Source of the DNA: a virus
Taxonomy: Duplodnaviria > Caudoviricetes
Virus record (IMG/VR): IMGVR_UViG_3300036790_000814
Coordinates: 1-62,252 of that record
DNA: 62,252 nucleotides
Strand: one strand, 5' to 3'
Shown one piece after another: positions 38,182 through 47,751 of the stretch. The notes below the pieces were generated by a model. It searched no databases, was not told the DNA's origin, and was given only the letters and a program-made list of their open reading frames with translations. Made by a program: the position numbers and the translations under genes. Each line of letters begins with the position of its first letter. The stretch's first letter is position 1.

Positions 38182-38847
38182 ATGGCCATCGGGGATCAAG
38201 CCGACTGCGAAAGCCGGATCAAGGCGCTCCTGCCGCAAAAGTGGTTTAACGATAGCTCGCCGGTCAAGGATGCGCTGGTTTCAGGCTGCGCATGGGCGCT
38301 GTCTCTGGTCTATTCGCTGATCCAGTACGCGCAGAACCAGACTCGCATAGCGACAGCGACGGATGGTTTCCTCGACCTCATCGGGTGGGACTATTTTGGC
38401 GGGAGGCTGCCGCGCCGCCAGCAAGAAACCGACGCGGCCTATCGCGCGCGCATTCAGGCGAACCTGCTTCTGACCCGCACGACGCGGCAGGGGATGGTCA
38501 ATTGCCTTGTGGCGCTTACCGGGCGCGCGCCGATCATCTTTGAACCTGCGCGGCCTCTGGATACTGGAGCCTACGGCGCCTCGATCTGCGGCTATGGTTC
38601 GGCCGGCGGTTACGGGTCGCAGAAGCTCCCGGCTCAGGCGTTCATTATTGCCTATCGGCCTTCAGGTTCCGGCATTCCGAACATCGGGGGCTATGGCTCA
38701 ACGCCATGGGGTTACTCGACGGCAAGCCAGGGCGAATACGCCAGCCTGAGCATGATTCAAGGCTACGTCACAGACGCGGACATTTTCGCCTGCGTCGATG
38801 CAGCGAAACCGGCAGGCACAACCGCCTGGACACGTTTATCGAACTAG
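38182..38847 (+). CDS. Baseplate I-like wedge protein
   Basis: QTRIATATD..LD.I..D.FG..L.R...E.D..YR.RI. Confidence 0.78.
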   Translation: MAIGDQADCESRIKALLPQKWFNDSSPVKDALVSGCAWALSLVYSLIQYAQNQTRIATATDGFLDLIGWDYFGGRLPRRQQETDAAYRARIQANLLLTRTTRQGMVNCLVALTGRAPIIFEPARPLDTGAYGASICGYGSAGGYGSQKLPAQAFIIAYRPSGSGIPNIGGYGSTPWGYSTASQGEYASLSMIQGYVTDADIFACVDAAKPAGTTAWTRLSN

Positions 38848-38855
38848 GAGCATTC

Positions 38856-40367
38856 ATGGACAGACAGATCGTTTACGTTGGACAGGTGCCGCAGGACACT
38901 GACCTGCTTCTGACCAACAAAAATACGATGATCGCCTTGGGGATGCTTGCGCAGGCCGTCCTCGGCACGTCCACGCTCGTTGACGGGCTTGCTTGCACCG
39001 CGACGAGCCCCGCGTCCCTCCAGGTCGATATAGGGCCCGGTTCGATCTATTCCTACCAGAATGTCGATGGCACAGCTTACGGCTCGATCAACGCCGATAC
39101 CTCCGACCAGATCGTCAAGCAGGGCATAAATCTCTCGCCCGTCGCTCTTTCCTGCCCCGCGCCTGCCACATCCGGCTATTCGGTCAACTATCTCATTCAG
39201 GCCGAGTTCGAGTCGGTCGATGGCGGATCAACCGTCCTTCCCTATTACAATTCGAGCAACCCGTCCGTCGCCTACAACGGCCCGAACAACACCGGCGTAT
39301 CGCAGAATACCATCCGTCAGGGCCAGTGCGTGCTGAATGTGAAGGCCGGTACGGCGGCCACAACCGGAACACAGGTCACGCCGACGCCCGACGCGGGCTA
39401 CACCGGCCTCTGGGTCGTCACCGTCGCCAATGGGCAGACCACGATCACGTCTGGCAACATCGCGGCCTCCGCAGGCGCTCCGTTCATCTCGAACAAATTG
39501 GCGTCGCTTGCGCCTCTGGCAAGCCCTGCCATGACCGGCGTCCCAACTGCGCCAACGGCCTCGCCGGGAACGAATACGACGCAACTTGCCACGATGGCCG
39601 CGCTCCAAGCAGCCATAAGCGGAACCGCGCAACCTACGACCGGCTCTGCCTCCGGCCTGGCGGCGGCATGGGCCTCCAACACCACACTGACTCTCTTGGC
39701 GAACGAAATCACGCTGGAAAATGGCTCTGGCGGCACATACAAGGCTGTTAGCCCCTCGCGCACGATCAACACGGGCACGACGGGAGCCGATGGCTGTGAT
39801 GTGGCATTGTCCGGCTTCTCCGCCAGTTCGTGGGCCTACTACTACCTGATTTCGGATGGCACAAACGTACGCGGCCTCCTCTCCGCTTCCGCTACGTCGC
39901 CGACGATGCCCGGAAGCTATACCTACAAAGCGCTGTGCGGTGCGTGTCGTCTCGACGGAAGCAAGAATATCGTCGGGTTCAAGCAAATCGGCCGCAAATG
40001 GCAATACCAGGTGGGGTCGAACCTGAGCGCCTTGCCGCAGATGTTCGCCGGTAATTCAGGAAGCGTTTCAACGCCGACTTATACCTCTCTTGCCATTAGC
40101 AGCTATGTGCCGACAGCCATCGCCAGCACGATCAAGTTCTGCTTTGTCAGCGCCAGCAATAACGGTCAGACAATCATCGCGCCCAACAGCAATTACGGCG
40201 CAGCAAATACGGCGACGAATCCCCCACCTTTCGATGTCGGGCCGGGATCAGGCACGAACATCACCATGATGGGCGAGCTTCTGCTCGAAAGCTCGAACAT
40301 CTACTACGCCAATAGCAACGGGTCAGGGAGCGCCACCTATGCTCTCGGCTTTGAACTGAATCTGTAG
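38856..40367 (+). CDS. Tail fibre protein
   Basis: MDRQIVY.G..P..TDLL N-terminus; APLASPA.TG.PTAPT...GTN.TQLAT fibre repeat. Confidence 0.85.
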   Translation: MDRQIVYVGQVPQDTDLLLTNKNTMIALGMLAQAVLGTSTLVDGLACTATSPASLQVDIGPGSIYSYQNVDGTAYGSINADTSDQIVKQGINLSPVALSCPAPATSGYSVNYLIQAEFESVDGGSTVLPYYNSSNPSVAYNGPNNTGVSQNTIRQGQCVLNVKAGTAATTGTQVTPTPDAGYTGLWVVTVANGQTTITSGNIAASAGAPFISNKLASLAPLASPAMTGVPTAPTASPGTNTTQLATMAALQAAISGTAQPTTGSASGLAAAWASNTTLTLLANEITLENGSGGTYKAVSPSRTINTGTTGADGCDVALSGFSASSWAYYYLISDGTNVRGLLSASATSPTMPGSYTYKALCGACRLDGSKNIVGFKQIGRKWQYQVGSNLSALPQMFAGNSGSVSTPTYTSLAISSYVPTAIASTIKFCFVSASNNGQTIIAPNSNYGAANTATNPPPFDVGPGSGTNITMMGELLLESSNIYYANSNGSGSATYALGFELNL

Positions 40368-40375
40368 GAGGGAAC

Positions 40376-40732
40376 ATGGACAACCAATTATGCTATTTCA
40401 ACAACGGGCTTTCGTTCAGAACGGTCGATGCAGGCTACACGGCGCAGTCTGGCGAGGTCTTGTTCGCCGAAACGCCGACCCCTACCGAGTTGACAAACGC
40501 CTTTTCTGGCTATGCCAGCGCCATCACGGCGGAGAGCTGGGGCACCTATCAGGCGCAGGCGCAAGCTGCGCTGGATAAGGCGGATATCACCATCCTCCGC
40601 TGCGCCGAGAATGGGGTGGCCGTCCCTTCGGCCTGGGCAACCTACCGCCAGGCTCTGCGCGCGATTGTCAGCGCCTCGTCCGGCACGCCTGGCACGTTGC
40701 CAGCAAAACCGGCCTATCCTGCCGGCACATAA
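40376..40732 (+). CDS. Tail fibre assembly chaperone
   Basis: L...D......W..YRQALR.I........P..P. Confidence 0.75.
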   Translation: MDNQLCYFNNGLSFRTVDAGYTAQSGEVLFAETPTPTELTNAFSGYASAITAESWGTYQAQAQAALDKADITILRCAENGVAVPSAWATYRQALRAIVSASSGTPGTLPAKPAYPAGT

Positions 40733-40743
40733 CGGGTTCGTTG

Positions 40744-41052
40744 ATGCAGGAAACGCCTGAACGCCGCAGTTACGACCAATTATATCTATCAGCTCACATT
40801 CAAGCCGCGGCCACTGCCGCACGCCTCGAAGCGCATGTGGATGAGGATATCCGCCGCTTCGAGGGGATCGGTCGCGAGATAGGCGAGGTCAAGGAGTCAG
40901 TTTCCGACCTTGGTACCAAAATGGATAACTTGCGCGGCGACGTTGGCGACTTGCACCGGCGCTATGCCTGGATCATCGGCGGTCTACTTGCCCTCGCCAA
41001 GGCCGCCGACTGGATCATCCACTATTTAATTCCCGTCATTCACATCAACTGA
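40744..41052 (+). CDS. Coiled-coil protein with C-terminal membrane segment (lysis region, XhlA/holin-like)
   Basis: Heptad region followed by WIIGGLLALA. Confidence 0.5.
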   Translation: MQETPERRSYDQLYLSAHIQAAATAARLEAHVDEDIRRFEGIGREIGEVKESVSDLGTKMDNLRGDVGDLHRRYAWIIGGLLALAKAADWIIHYLIPVIHIN

Positions 41053-41060
41053 GGTCTGCC

Positions 41061-41636
41061 ATGCTGCCAGGTATTGAAACTGTCGTGTTTATCTTCGTCG
41101 GCGCGTTCTTTCGCCGCTTCTGGGGAGGATGGGAAGGAAGCGATGTTCCTGAAGCTCATTTTTTCAAGATCGGCGTATGCCTCGCCCTATCGATTCTCCT
41201 TGGCGTGCTGACATTCCACTACGCCACGACCGCGCTGTTCTTCGGCGGCGCGATGCTCGTCACCTTTCTCAATCCATTCCATAGCAAAGGCCAGCGCATG
41301 GGGTTTGGCGGGCCGCCGTCCCTCGTTGGGTCAGTTCTATGGATGTCAGGCTCCTATGGAGTTCTTGCGTTCCTCGTATCCGGGATCACGGCGTGGAGTG
41401 AAAAGGCCGCATGGCCGCTTCTGTTCGCGCCACTCGGCCTTCTGGCCAGCGGCGGTTACCTCATCGCGTTCTATGTGCTGCCAAGGCTATCCTCGACGTT
41501 CAACCCGAATGCCTTCACGGCCAAGGTCAAGCTCGGCAACGCCTACCTGATCGACGGGCCTCCCGCCATTGGCGAATTATGCCTCGGTGCGCTTCTCATC
41601 GGCGGCATGCCGCTCATTAACGCTGTTGTCGGGTGA
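41061..41636 (+). CDS. Multi-pass membrane protein
   Basis: Several hydrophobic segments; GAGG RBS. Confidence 0.65.
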   Translation: MLPGIETVVFIFVGAFFRRFWGGWEGSDVPEAHFFKIGVCLALSILLGVLTFHYATTALFFGGAMLVTFLNPFHSKGQRMGFGGPPSLVGSVLWMSGSYGVLAFLVSGITAWSEKAAWPLLFAPLGLLASGGYLIAFYVLPRLSSTFNPNAFTAKVKLGNAYLIDGPPAIGELCLGALLIGGMPLINAVVG

Positions 41637-41639
41637 ACC

Positions 41640-41882
41640 ATGGAACTCATCCGCCATTGCCTGACAGGCAAAGACAATCAGACCTGGGATATAGCCCGCG
41701 TGCTGTTCGCCCTTATCGGTATATCGTTCGTAGCGCTTGCCATCCATGCCGTTATGCACGGCGCATCCTTTGACCCTCAAACCTATGGGGTGGGCGCTGG
41801 CAGCATTTTAGGCGGCGGCGGCGCGGGGATCGGCATGAAAGCAAAAACAGAACCGGAGGGTGGCGATGGGCACGGTGAATAG
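41640..41882 (+). CDS. Holin-like small membrane protein
   Basis: Two hydrophobic segments and a charged C-terminus; precedes the spanins. Confidence 0.6.
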   Translation: MELIRHCLTGKDNQTWDIARVLFALIGISFVALAIHAVMHGASFDPQTYGVGAGSILGGGGAGIGMKAKTEPEGGDGHGE

Positions 41883-42225
41883 CGTTCTCATAGGCATTGG
41901 CGCCGCAATTGCCATCATAATTATCGCGATCATCGTCTGGCTGTCGATCTCGAACGCGCATCTGAAGGCCGAACTCGCCACGGCGCAAAGCGGCCTCGCT
42001 GGCTGCCAGTACGCCAACGACGATTTCAAATCCAAAGCCGTGCAGCAAAACGCGGTGCTGGGCGCGTTGCAGGACAAGCTGAAGGCGGTCGCCGTCGCGG
42101 CCAATCAGTCGGCGCGGGTGGCGGACGCCTCTGCGACGAAGCTTGAAGCCGCCAAGGCACCTGCGGGTGACGATTGCAAGGCAGCTACCGGCCTGATGGA
42201 CGCTTACCTGCGGGGACAACGATGA
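41866..42225 (+). CDS. i-spanin (Rz-like)
   Basis: N-terminal TM, coiled coil, terminal Cys. Confidence 0.7.
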   Translation: MGTVNSVLIGIGAAIAIIIIAIIVWLSISNAHLKAELATAQSGLAGCQYANDDFKSKAVQQNAVLGALQDKLKAVAVAANQSARVADASATKLEAAKAPAGDDCKAATGLMDAYLRGQR

Positions 42226-42485
42226 ATGGTCGCTCCCTCCTCCTCCTCCTCCTGTTGGGCGCATGCGCCTCGCCAGTGACGGTGTACAAGCCGGTCACCG
42301 TCGAAGTGCCGGTGCCATGCGATATGCCGAAGGTCGATCATCCGGCATGGGCAACGTCGCTCGTTCCTCTAAACTCCCGCCTATTCGATAAGGTGAAGGC
42401 CAGTCTGGTCGAACTGCAACAACGCGCGGCCTATGAGGCGCGGCTGCAAGCTGCGGCAGCCTCGTGCGCGAAAGCCTCAACCTAG
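42222..42485 (+). CDS. o-spanin lipoprotein (Rz1-like)
   Basis: Lipobox LLGA-C; V.VPVPC; follows the i-spanin. Confidence 0.75.
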   Translation: MNGRSLLLLLLLGACASPVTVYKPVTVEVPVPCDMPKVDHPAWATSLVPLNSRLFDKVKASLVELQQRAAYEARLQAAAASCAKAST

Positions 42486-42492
42486 AGGGCGC

Positions 42493-42690
42493 GTGAGCAA
42501 CCACGACCTCTACAACAAGGTCGCAGACGCTCTCAAGAAGAACGGTTTCGAGCTGGTTCGCCCCAAGGGCGGTCACATGATATTCGGCCGCGAAGAACCG
42601 CGCCTCCGCGTTCCTGTTCCCGTGCAACTCCACGACAAAGCGTTGGCAAACAGAATCTTCAAGCAAGCCAGGATCGAGGCCCACCTATGA
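42493..42690 (+). CDS. hicA: HicA-family toxin-like protein, copy 2
   Basis: LKKNGFELVRPKGGHMIF.......VPVP......AN.IFKQA.I; GTG start after GAGGG. Confidence 0.8.
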   Translation: MSNHDLYNKVADALKKNGFELVRPKGGHMIFGREEPRLRVPVPVQLHDKALANRIFKQARIEAHL

Positions 42691-43109
42691 CGCGCGGCAT
42701 GACGTTGAACAATCCATGCAATGTCATGGAAACGCGGACAGTTTGGCAGGGACAGATAAAGCCAACTTCCGATACTGAAAGGCGCCTCGCGCAGTTCGTG
42801 GATATCCCACATGGCATCCGCGCCGCCGCGAGAATATTCTACAACTACGCGCACCTGGAAAACCTTAAGACCGTCCGCCTGATGATAAGCCGGTGGGCGC
42901 CTGAAAACGAAAACCCGACAGGCGATTATATCAAATTCGTCGCGGATGGCCTCGGCGTGGGGCCGGACGATATCCTGAACGTCCACAACACCAACACGCT
43001 CTTTTCCCTCATCAAGCTGATTATCCGATTCGAGCAAGGCGGCAACGTCTGCGTCGATTCGGACATTGCTGCTGGCATTTCCATGGCTGTTGACGAACCC
43101 GTGGCGTGA
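42687..43109 (+). CDS. Putative endolysin (lysozyme-like 'structural protein P5' family)
   Basis: RG...NNP.N.....F.....GIRA.......Y.....T...I.RWAP..EN.T..Y...VA. Confidence 0.72.
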   Translation: MTRGMTLNNPCNVMETRTVWQGQIKPTSDTERRLAQFVDIPHGIRAAARIFYNYAHLENLKTVRLMISRWAPENENPTGDYIKFVADGLGVGPDDILNVHNTNTLFSLIKLIIRFEQGGNVCVDSDIAAGISMAVDEPVA

Positions 43110-43123
43110 CGCCTCAAGCCGCC

Positions 43124-43152
43124 TTGTACGAGCTGCAAGTCCGCAGTACAAT
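43124..43152 (+). promoter_or_regulatory. Putative promoter TTGTAC-N17-TACAAT, whose hexamers also form the inverted repeat TTGTAC-N16-GTACAA
   Basis: Seen directly upstream of the HTH-ardC operon. Confidence 0.6.
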
Positions 43153-43196
43153 GGCCGCTCTTTCCCCGCTCGCTGTTTATCTAAGTTTTCTCGACT

Positions 43197-43571
43197 ATGT
43201 GCGTTGCCTCCATGAGTGCGAAAGTTGCCCAAAATCCCAGAAAGCGCGCTCCGATGAGTCAGGCGCAGCGCGATAAGCTCTCCGCCTCCCAAAGGGCTTA
43301 CGTTCAGAACGATCCACGCTGGGAAGAACATCGGCGCAAGCTGGCCGAAGCGCAGATTTGCCGCCGCATGACGCTTTTGCCCAATGAGGTCGAATTGATC
43401 CAGTCGCTGCGCCATAGGGGACGGACGTTCTCGTACATCGAGCAAGAGATCGGCGTTTGTGGCGAAGTGATCGGGCGCGAGCTGAAGGCAATGGGCATCC
43501 ATACCGGATGCGTGCGCCCTGGCCACAGGGCCAAGCGGGGGAAGGGGTTCTGGCGTTCGTTCGATGAATGA
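43197..43571 (+). CDS. HTH-containing hypothetical protein
   Basis: LR..G.TFS.IEQEIGV..EVI.REL; overlaps the ardC start. Confidence 0.6.
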   Translation: MCVASMSAKVAQNPRKRAPMSQAQRDKLSASQRAYVQNDPRWEEHRRKLAEAQICRRMTLLPNEVELIQSLRHRGRTFSYIEQEIGVCGEVIGRELKAMGIHTGCVRPGHRAKRGKGFWRSFDE

Positions 43572-44496
43572 GATCAAAACCCAAAGGGCCGACGTGTATG
43601 ACCGCGTGACGGCAAAAATCATCGAGTTTCTTGAAGCTGGCGCCCCGCTCTGTGAGCGATTGTGGATTGGCGGCCCTCCCTCCATTCCCCTCCGGGTCAA
43701 CAACAAGGCATATCGGGGCATAAACCAATTAGTGCTTTTCGTCGGCGCCATTGAGAACGGCTACGGCTTGGGCCACTGGCTTACCTACAAATCAGCCAAG
43801 GGCCTCGGCGGCCAGGTGCGCAAAGGCGAGAAGGGCGAACTGGTCGTCTATGCCGATTCGTTCATCAAGCCCGTCGAAAACAAGAATACCGGCGAGACGG
43901 AAGATCGGGAGCTGTGGTTCCTCAAGGGATACACGGTCTTCAACGCGCAGCAGATCGACGGCCTGCCCGCCGCATTCTATCAACGCCCAACCATCAAGCT
44001 GATGGAGAAGCCGGAAAAGCTGGAAGCCGTAAAGCGCTTCGTTGCCAACACGGGCGCGAAGATCATCGACGGTGGCACGCAGGCTTTCTACCGGCCATCA
44101 ACCGATGAGATCCACATGCCGGACTATGAGCGGTTTACGAGCCGCGAGGCATGGCATAGCGTGGAACTCCACGAACTCGGCCATTGGTGCGCCCATTCGA
44201 GCCGTCTCAACCAGCCTCTCGGCGGTGACAAGCGCAGCAAAGCTTATGGGATCGAGGAACTGAATGCTGAGATAACGAGTGCGTTCCTTTGTGCGTCATT
44301 GGAAATCACGCCGGAAGTCCGAACCGACCATTCAGCTTACTTGGCTGCTTGGTTGGGCATTCTCCGAGAGGATAATCGTGCAATCTTTGCTGCCGCTAGG
44401 GAGGCGCAACGGCGGACTGATTATCTGTTCGGTCTGCAACCTGGTCGCCCTCAGGAAGACGGCGGCGGTTCCGACGCGCCTGACGATCCGGCATGA
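43564..44496 (+). CDS. ardC: ArdC-family ssDNA-binding antirestriction protein with zincin-like domain
   Basis: YD.VT..II..LE.G...W; YRGIN; W.TY..A...GGQVRKGEKG; YTVFN..Q; AFY.P..D.I.MP; HELGHW; EEL.AE. Confidence 0.93.
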   Translation: MNEIKTQRADVYDRVTAKIIEFLEAGAPLCERLWIGGPPSIPLRVNNKAYRGINQLVLFVGAIENGYGLGHWLTYKSAKGLGGQVRKGEKGELVVYADSFIKPVENKNTGETEDRELWFLKGYTVFNAQQIDGLPAAFYQRPTIKLMEKPEKLEAVKRFVANTGAKIIDGGTQAFYRPSTDEIHMPDYERFTSREAWHSVELHELGHWCAHSSRLNQPLGGDKRSKAYGIEELNAEITSAFLCASLEITPEVRTDHSAYLAAWLGILREDNRAIFAAAREAQRRTDYLFGLQPGRPQEDGGGSDAPDDPA

Positions 44497-44807
44497 GCCA
44501 GGACGCCTTCGACCGGATGGTGGCCCGATTCCGTGCACGGATGGCGCACCTGCGCGAAACCCACGCCCGCCAAGGCTACCTCTATGCCGAGCACCAGAAG
44601 GATTCCGGCTATGCCATCCTGTTGACGCCGGAGCCGTCCGGCGACGCAACCTGGCGCGTAACCTCGTTCCAAGCCGGCCAGCCGATCGGGCACCGGCAGT
44701 ACGATGTCCTGGAAGGCCGCGGCCCGGCGTTCAACGCCTTGCAGGAGTTCGCTGGGACGAATTGGCGCCTGGTGCAGAGATACTGGCCGCCGACTGACCC
44801 GACTTAG
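44493..44807 (+). CDS. Hypothetical protein (104 aa)
   Basis: ATGA-coupled to ardC. Confidence 0.65.
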   Translation: MSQDAFDRMVARFRARMAHLRETHARQGYLYAEHQKDSGYAILLTPEPSGDATWRVTSFQAGQPIGHRQYDVLEGRGPAFNALQEFAGTNWRLVQRYWPPTDPT

Positions 44808-44810
44808 CGC

Positions 44811-45338
44811 TCAACCGGTCGAGTAGAAGAGGCGGATTGCACGAACCGCGATAGAAGGCACCATGCGGAACATGGTGGTGATGAGGCGATAGCGACATAT
44901 CCACACCCCCTTCGTGGCGCCGAATGTCTTTACCAGCGTCGCAAGCTCCTCATGGTGGTCGCCGAGATACTCGTCAATCCGGCCTTTCGGCGCGGTGAGG
45001 GCGATCAGCATTTCGCATCCGCCAAGTTGAGGAATCTGGACGAGCCGTGGTCTGAGGAAGTTGGGGTGAGCGAAACCGCTCCCAGGCGCCAACGATCTGC
45101 GGCCGTGATGCTTGACTTGGATAAACGTACCGGCGGCGACAGCATCCGGCTTTCCCTCGTTCTCCTCGAAGCTGTCCAGCAATATCAGGTTCCCAAGATC
45201 TGCAGACAGTGCTGTGTCGAAGGCTCTCAGATGGTCTGCATCGAGATGTGTCAGAAAGACACGGGTGATGGCATCGACGCTGACGGTGTTGTCCCGACCA
45301 CCATCCTTACCGTTCATCAGCCGCGAGAAGAGGCTCAC
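44811..45338 (-). CDS. Hypothetical protein coupled to PadR
   Basis: GTGA overlap with the padR-family stop. Confidence 0.6.
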   Translation of the reverse strand: MSLFSRLMNGKDGGRDNTVSVDAITRVFLTHLDADHLRAFDTALSADLGNLILLDSFEENEGKPDAVAAGTFIQVKHHGRRSLAPGSGFAHPNFLRPRLVQIPQLGGCEMLIALTAPKGRIDEYLGDHHEELATLVKTFGATKGVWICRYRLITTMFRMVPSIAVRAIRLFYSTG

Positions 45339-45655
45339 GAAAGGCCTCCCGCGGCCACCAAGCCGCTCTGGAACCGGCTTGCGAACCTCTCGGCGGCCAA
45401 CTGACCAGGCGCTTCGATCCGGTACAGCCGCTTCCGCCTTCCGCCGCGCTCGGCCGTTCCCTCAGTCCACCAGGACGAAATCATCCCCTTGGCTTCCAGC
45501 CTCTCCAGCGCCGTGTAGACGGAACCCAGGCTTACCTTGCGTTCCAGCCGCGCCTCCAACCTATCCCTGAGCGACAGCCCATAGGCGTCCCGCGGCTGCT
45601 GGATTAGCGAAGCCAGAAGGTCGAACTCGAACGGGCCTATCGAATCACGCGCCAT
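45335..45655 (-). CDS. PadR-family transcriptional regulator
   Basis: AYG..L...L......VSLGSVY..LERLE.KG.I.S......RGGRRKR.Y.I. Confidence 0.9.
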   Translation of the reverse strand: MARDSIGPFEFDLLASLIQQPRDAYGLSLRDRLEARLERKVSLGSVYTALERLEAKGMISSWWTEGTAERGGRRKRLYRIEAPGQLAAERFASRFQSGLVAAGGLS

Positions 45656-45819
45656 GGAAGCTCCTTTAGTCCTGCGATGTAGGACAAATAGGATCGCAAC
45701 CGCCTCGGCGCAAGTGGGCCGGATGACATTTCTATCTTCCGCCGACACCAGATGAGATGGGAAACATCCCACGATTATCCTTGACGCCCTAGGCTCACCC
45801 CTCGCACGATAACCCCATC

Positions 45820-46203
45820 GTGAGCGACCATGAAGGGCTGGCTCTTGGCGTCGCACTGATCGCCGTCGGCATATGGCTTGCCGCACGCCGCCGTCCTGCG
45901 CGTCTGGTCGATCAGACCGTCTTCATCGTCCGCAACCTCAAGAACCTTCTGGCGATTGCGTTCGCGCTTTTTCTGCTGGCTTGGTGGGCCGGGGCCTTCA
46001 GTAATGACCAGGTTGAGCGTTGGTGGGAGCGCTTCTGGGATGAGGCCGCGCGTATCCCGTTCCTGGTCTTCCTTGCCTTCATCGTCGGCGCTCCGGCGGT
46101 CTGGCACTGGATCAACCGGGCGTACACCCTTCGGGGACCGCCGCAGATGCCGCCGCCACGTAGCAAACCCTACGGCTGGCGTAAGCCGGGCAACCGGGTT
46201 TGA
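45820..46203 (+). CDS. Membrane protein (3 predicted TM) coupled to the coupling-protein gene
   Basis: Hydrophobic segments; TTGA overlap with 46200. Confidence 0.7.
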   Translation: MSDHEGLALGVALIAVGIWLAARRRPARLVDQTVFIVRNLKNLLAIAFALFLLAWWAGAFSNDQVERWWERFWDEAARIPFLVFLAFIVGAPAVWHWINRAYTLRGPPQMPPPRSKPYGWRKPGNRV

Positions 46204-47513
46204 ACGTCTGGGCGACCAACGGCGGAATCTATCTCGGCTGCCCGGCGGACAGCCCGCAGGGTGACTGGCGCGGCAACGCTGGCGTCGAGCATCGGTATGA
46301 TGGTGATCGGCACATCCTCCTGCTCGGCCCCAACGGTAGCGGTAAAACAAGGCGTCTGCTCTATCCGAACCTGCTTTCCCTCCAGCGCTGGTCGGTCCTC
46401 GTTGTCGATCCCAAGGGCCTGCTGGCAGGACTGACAATCAACCAGCGTATTGGGACCAAGATCGTCCTCGATCCGTTCAAGGTGACCTCCCTTCCCTCCG
46501 CCGGCTTCAATCCGCTATCGGCACTAAACTCTGCGGACGACACCTTTCCCGATGACTGCCTCGGTATCGCCCGGTCGCTGATTCAGATTGAGGGCTCCGA
46601 ACCGCACTGGTCGGCCTCGGCGCAAGATTGGGTGTGCGCTCTCATCATGTATGAGAAGCTCAAGCATGGTGACGCGGCAACGCTGGTCGGCGTGCGCAAG
46701 AATCTCGGCGGCAGCCAGGCGGATACCCGACAACTCGCGGCAGATATGTGCGTCCTTGGCGACGAGGAAGACTGTGGCGAGCTCGTCATCAAGGCCTCGC
46801 GATTCCTCGATATCAACGAGGAGTCGAAGGAACTGAACAGCATCCTCTCCACCGCTCTAACGCAGACGCGATGGCTGGACAGCCGCCCGATCAAGGCCGA
46901 TTTGAGCGGCGGTACGTTCGATTTCGCGACGATGAAAGACCGTCCGGTCACGGTCTACCTGGTGCTTCCCCCGAACCGCTTGGTCACGCACGGGCCGTGG
47001 CTCCGGCTGATGATTACCGCCGTGCTCCAGCCGCTTTTGCGGGAGGTGAAACCTTCAGCGACGCCCGTCCTGTTCATGCTGGACGAATTTGCCCAGCTCG
47101 GCCATCTGCCGGTGATCGAGGAGAATCTGGCGGTGATGCGCGAGTACGGCGTCAAGCTCTGGCCCGTGTTTCAAGACGTGGCGCAGGGACAGGCGATCTA
47201 CGGCAAGCGCTGGCCATCGTTCCTGAGCAACAGCGGCATTGTCCAAAGTTTCTCGGCCATGGATGTCGATACCGCCGAACTGCTCTCCAAACGCTCGGGG
47301 CAGACATCCGAATGGATCGAGGTGCCTTCCGAAAGCCGAAATCTCGGCCGCGAGTTGAGCCGGTCGGTCAGCGCCGCCGCACAAGTGATCCAACGCCCTG
47401 TCCTCTGGCCGCACGACCTGATGGATATGGATGACGGCTATACCGTCATCTATTCACACCGGGCCAAAGGGCCGGTTTTTGCGTTTGCGCCGTGGCCGTC
47501 CGCCCTTGGCTGA
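46200..47513 (+). CDS. virD4: VirD4/TraG-family type IV coupling protein (no N-terminal TM)
   Basis: H.LL.GPNGSGKT Walker A; VVDPKG; FNPL; FMLDEFAQLG Walker B; R.YGV.LW...Q...Q...YG; TAE..S...G. Confidence 0.9.
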   Translation: MNVWATNGGIYLGCPADSPQGDWRGNAGVEHRYDGDRHILLLGPNGSGKTRRLLYPNLLSLQRWSVLVVDPKGLLAGLTINQRIGTKIVLDPFKVTSLPSAGFNPLSALNSADDTFPDDCLGIARSLIQIEGSEPHWSASAQDWVCALIMYEKLKHGDAATLVGVRKNLGGSQADTRQLAADMCVLGDEEDCGELVIKASRFLDINEESKELNSILSTALTQTRWLDSRPIKADLSGGTFDFATMKDRPVTVYLVLPPNRLVTHGPWLRLMITAVLQPLLREVKPSATPVLFMLDEFAQLGHLPVIEENLAVMREYGVKLWPVFQDVAQGQAIYGKRWPSFLSNSGIVQSFSAMDVDTAELLSKRSGQTSEWIEVPSESRNLGRELSRSVSAAAQVIQRPVLWPHDLMDMDDGYTVIYSHRAKGPVFAFAPWPSALG

Positions 47514-47751
47514 CCCTCCCAGCATTTCGGCGCTGCGGCAGGCTTCGTGGTCATTCTCTTGTGTGATTTTCTGATAGCAGAATGAGCATATCGTCTTGTC
47601 AGAATGGGAATCCGCCCAGGATCGGCTGTGCCGGAGCGGGCGCGGCTTTGGCGTCCACTGCGTCAGTGCGCGCGCACCGCGGCGGAACGTCGGGCTGCGG
47701 GTTTCGCGTTCGCCTGTCCCGCCCCTGCGCCGCCGCGCGACAGGCGGGGGA

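Noticed and set aside
42236-42253. (CTC)n microsatellite as a phase-variation tract
   Set aside because: In-frame triplet encoding the poly-Leu of the o-spanin signal peptide
42573-43751. 392-aa - strand ORF
   Set aside because: Overlaps four convincing + strand genes; GC-rich shadow ORF
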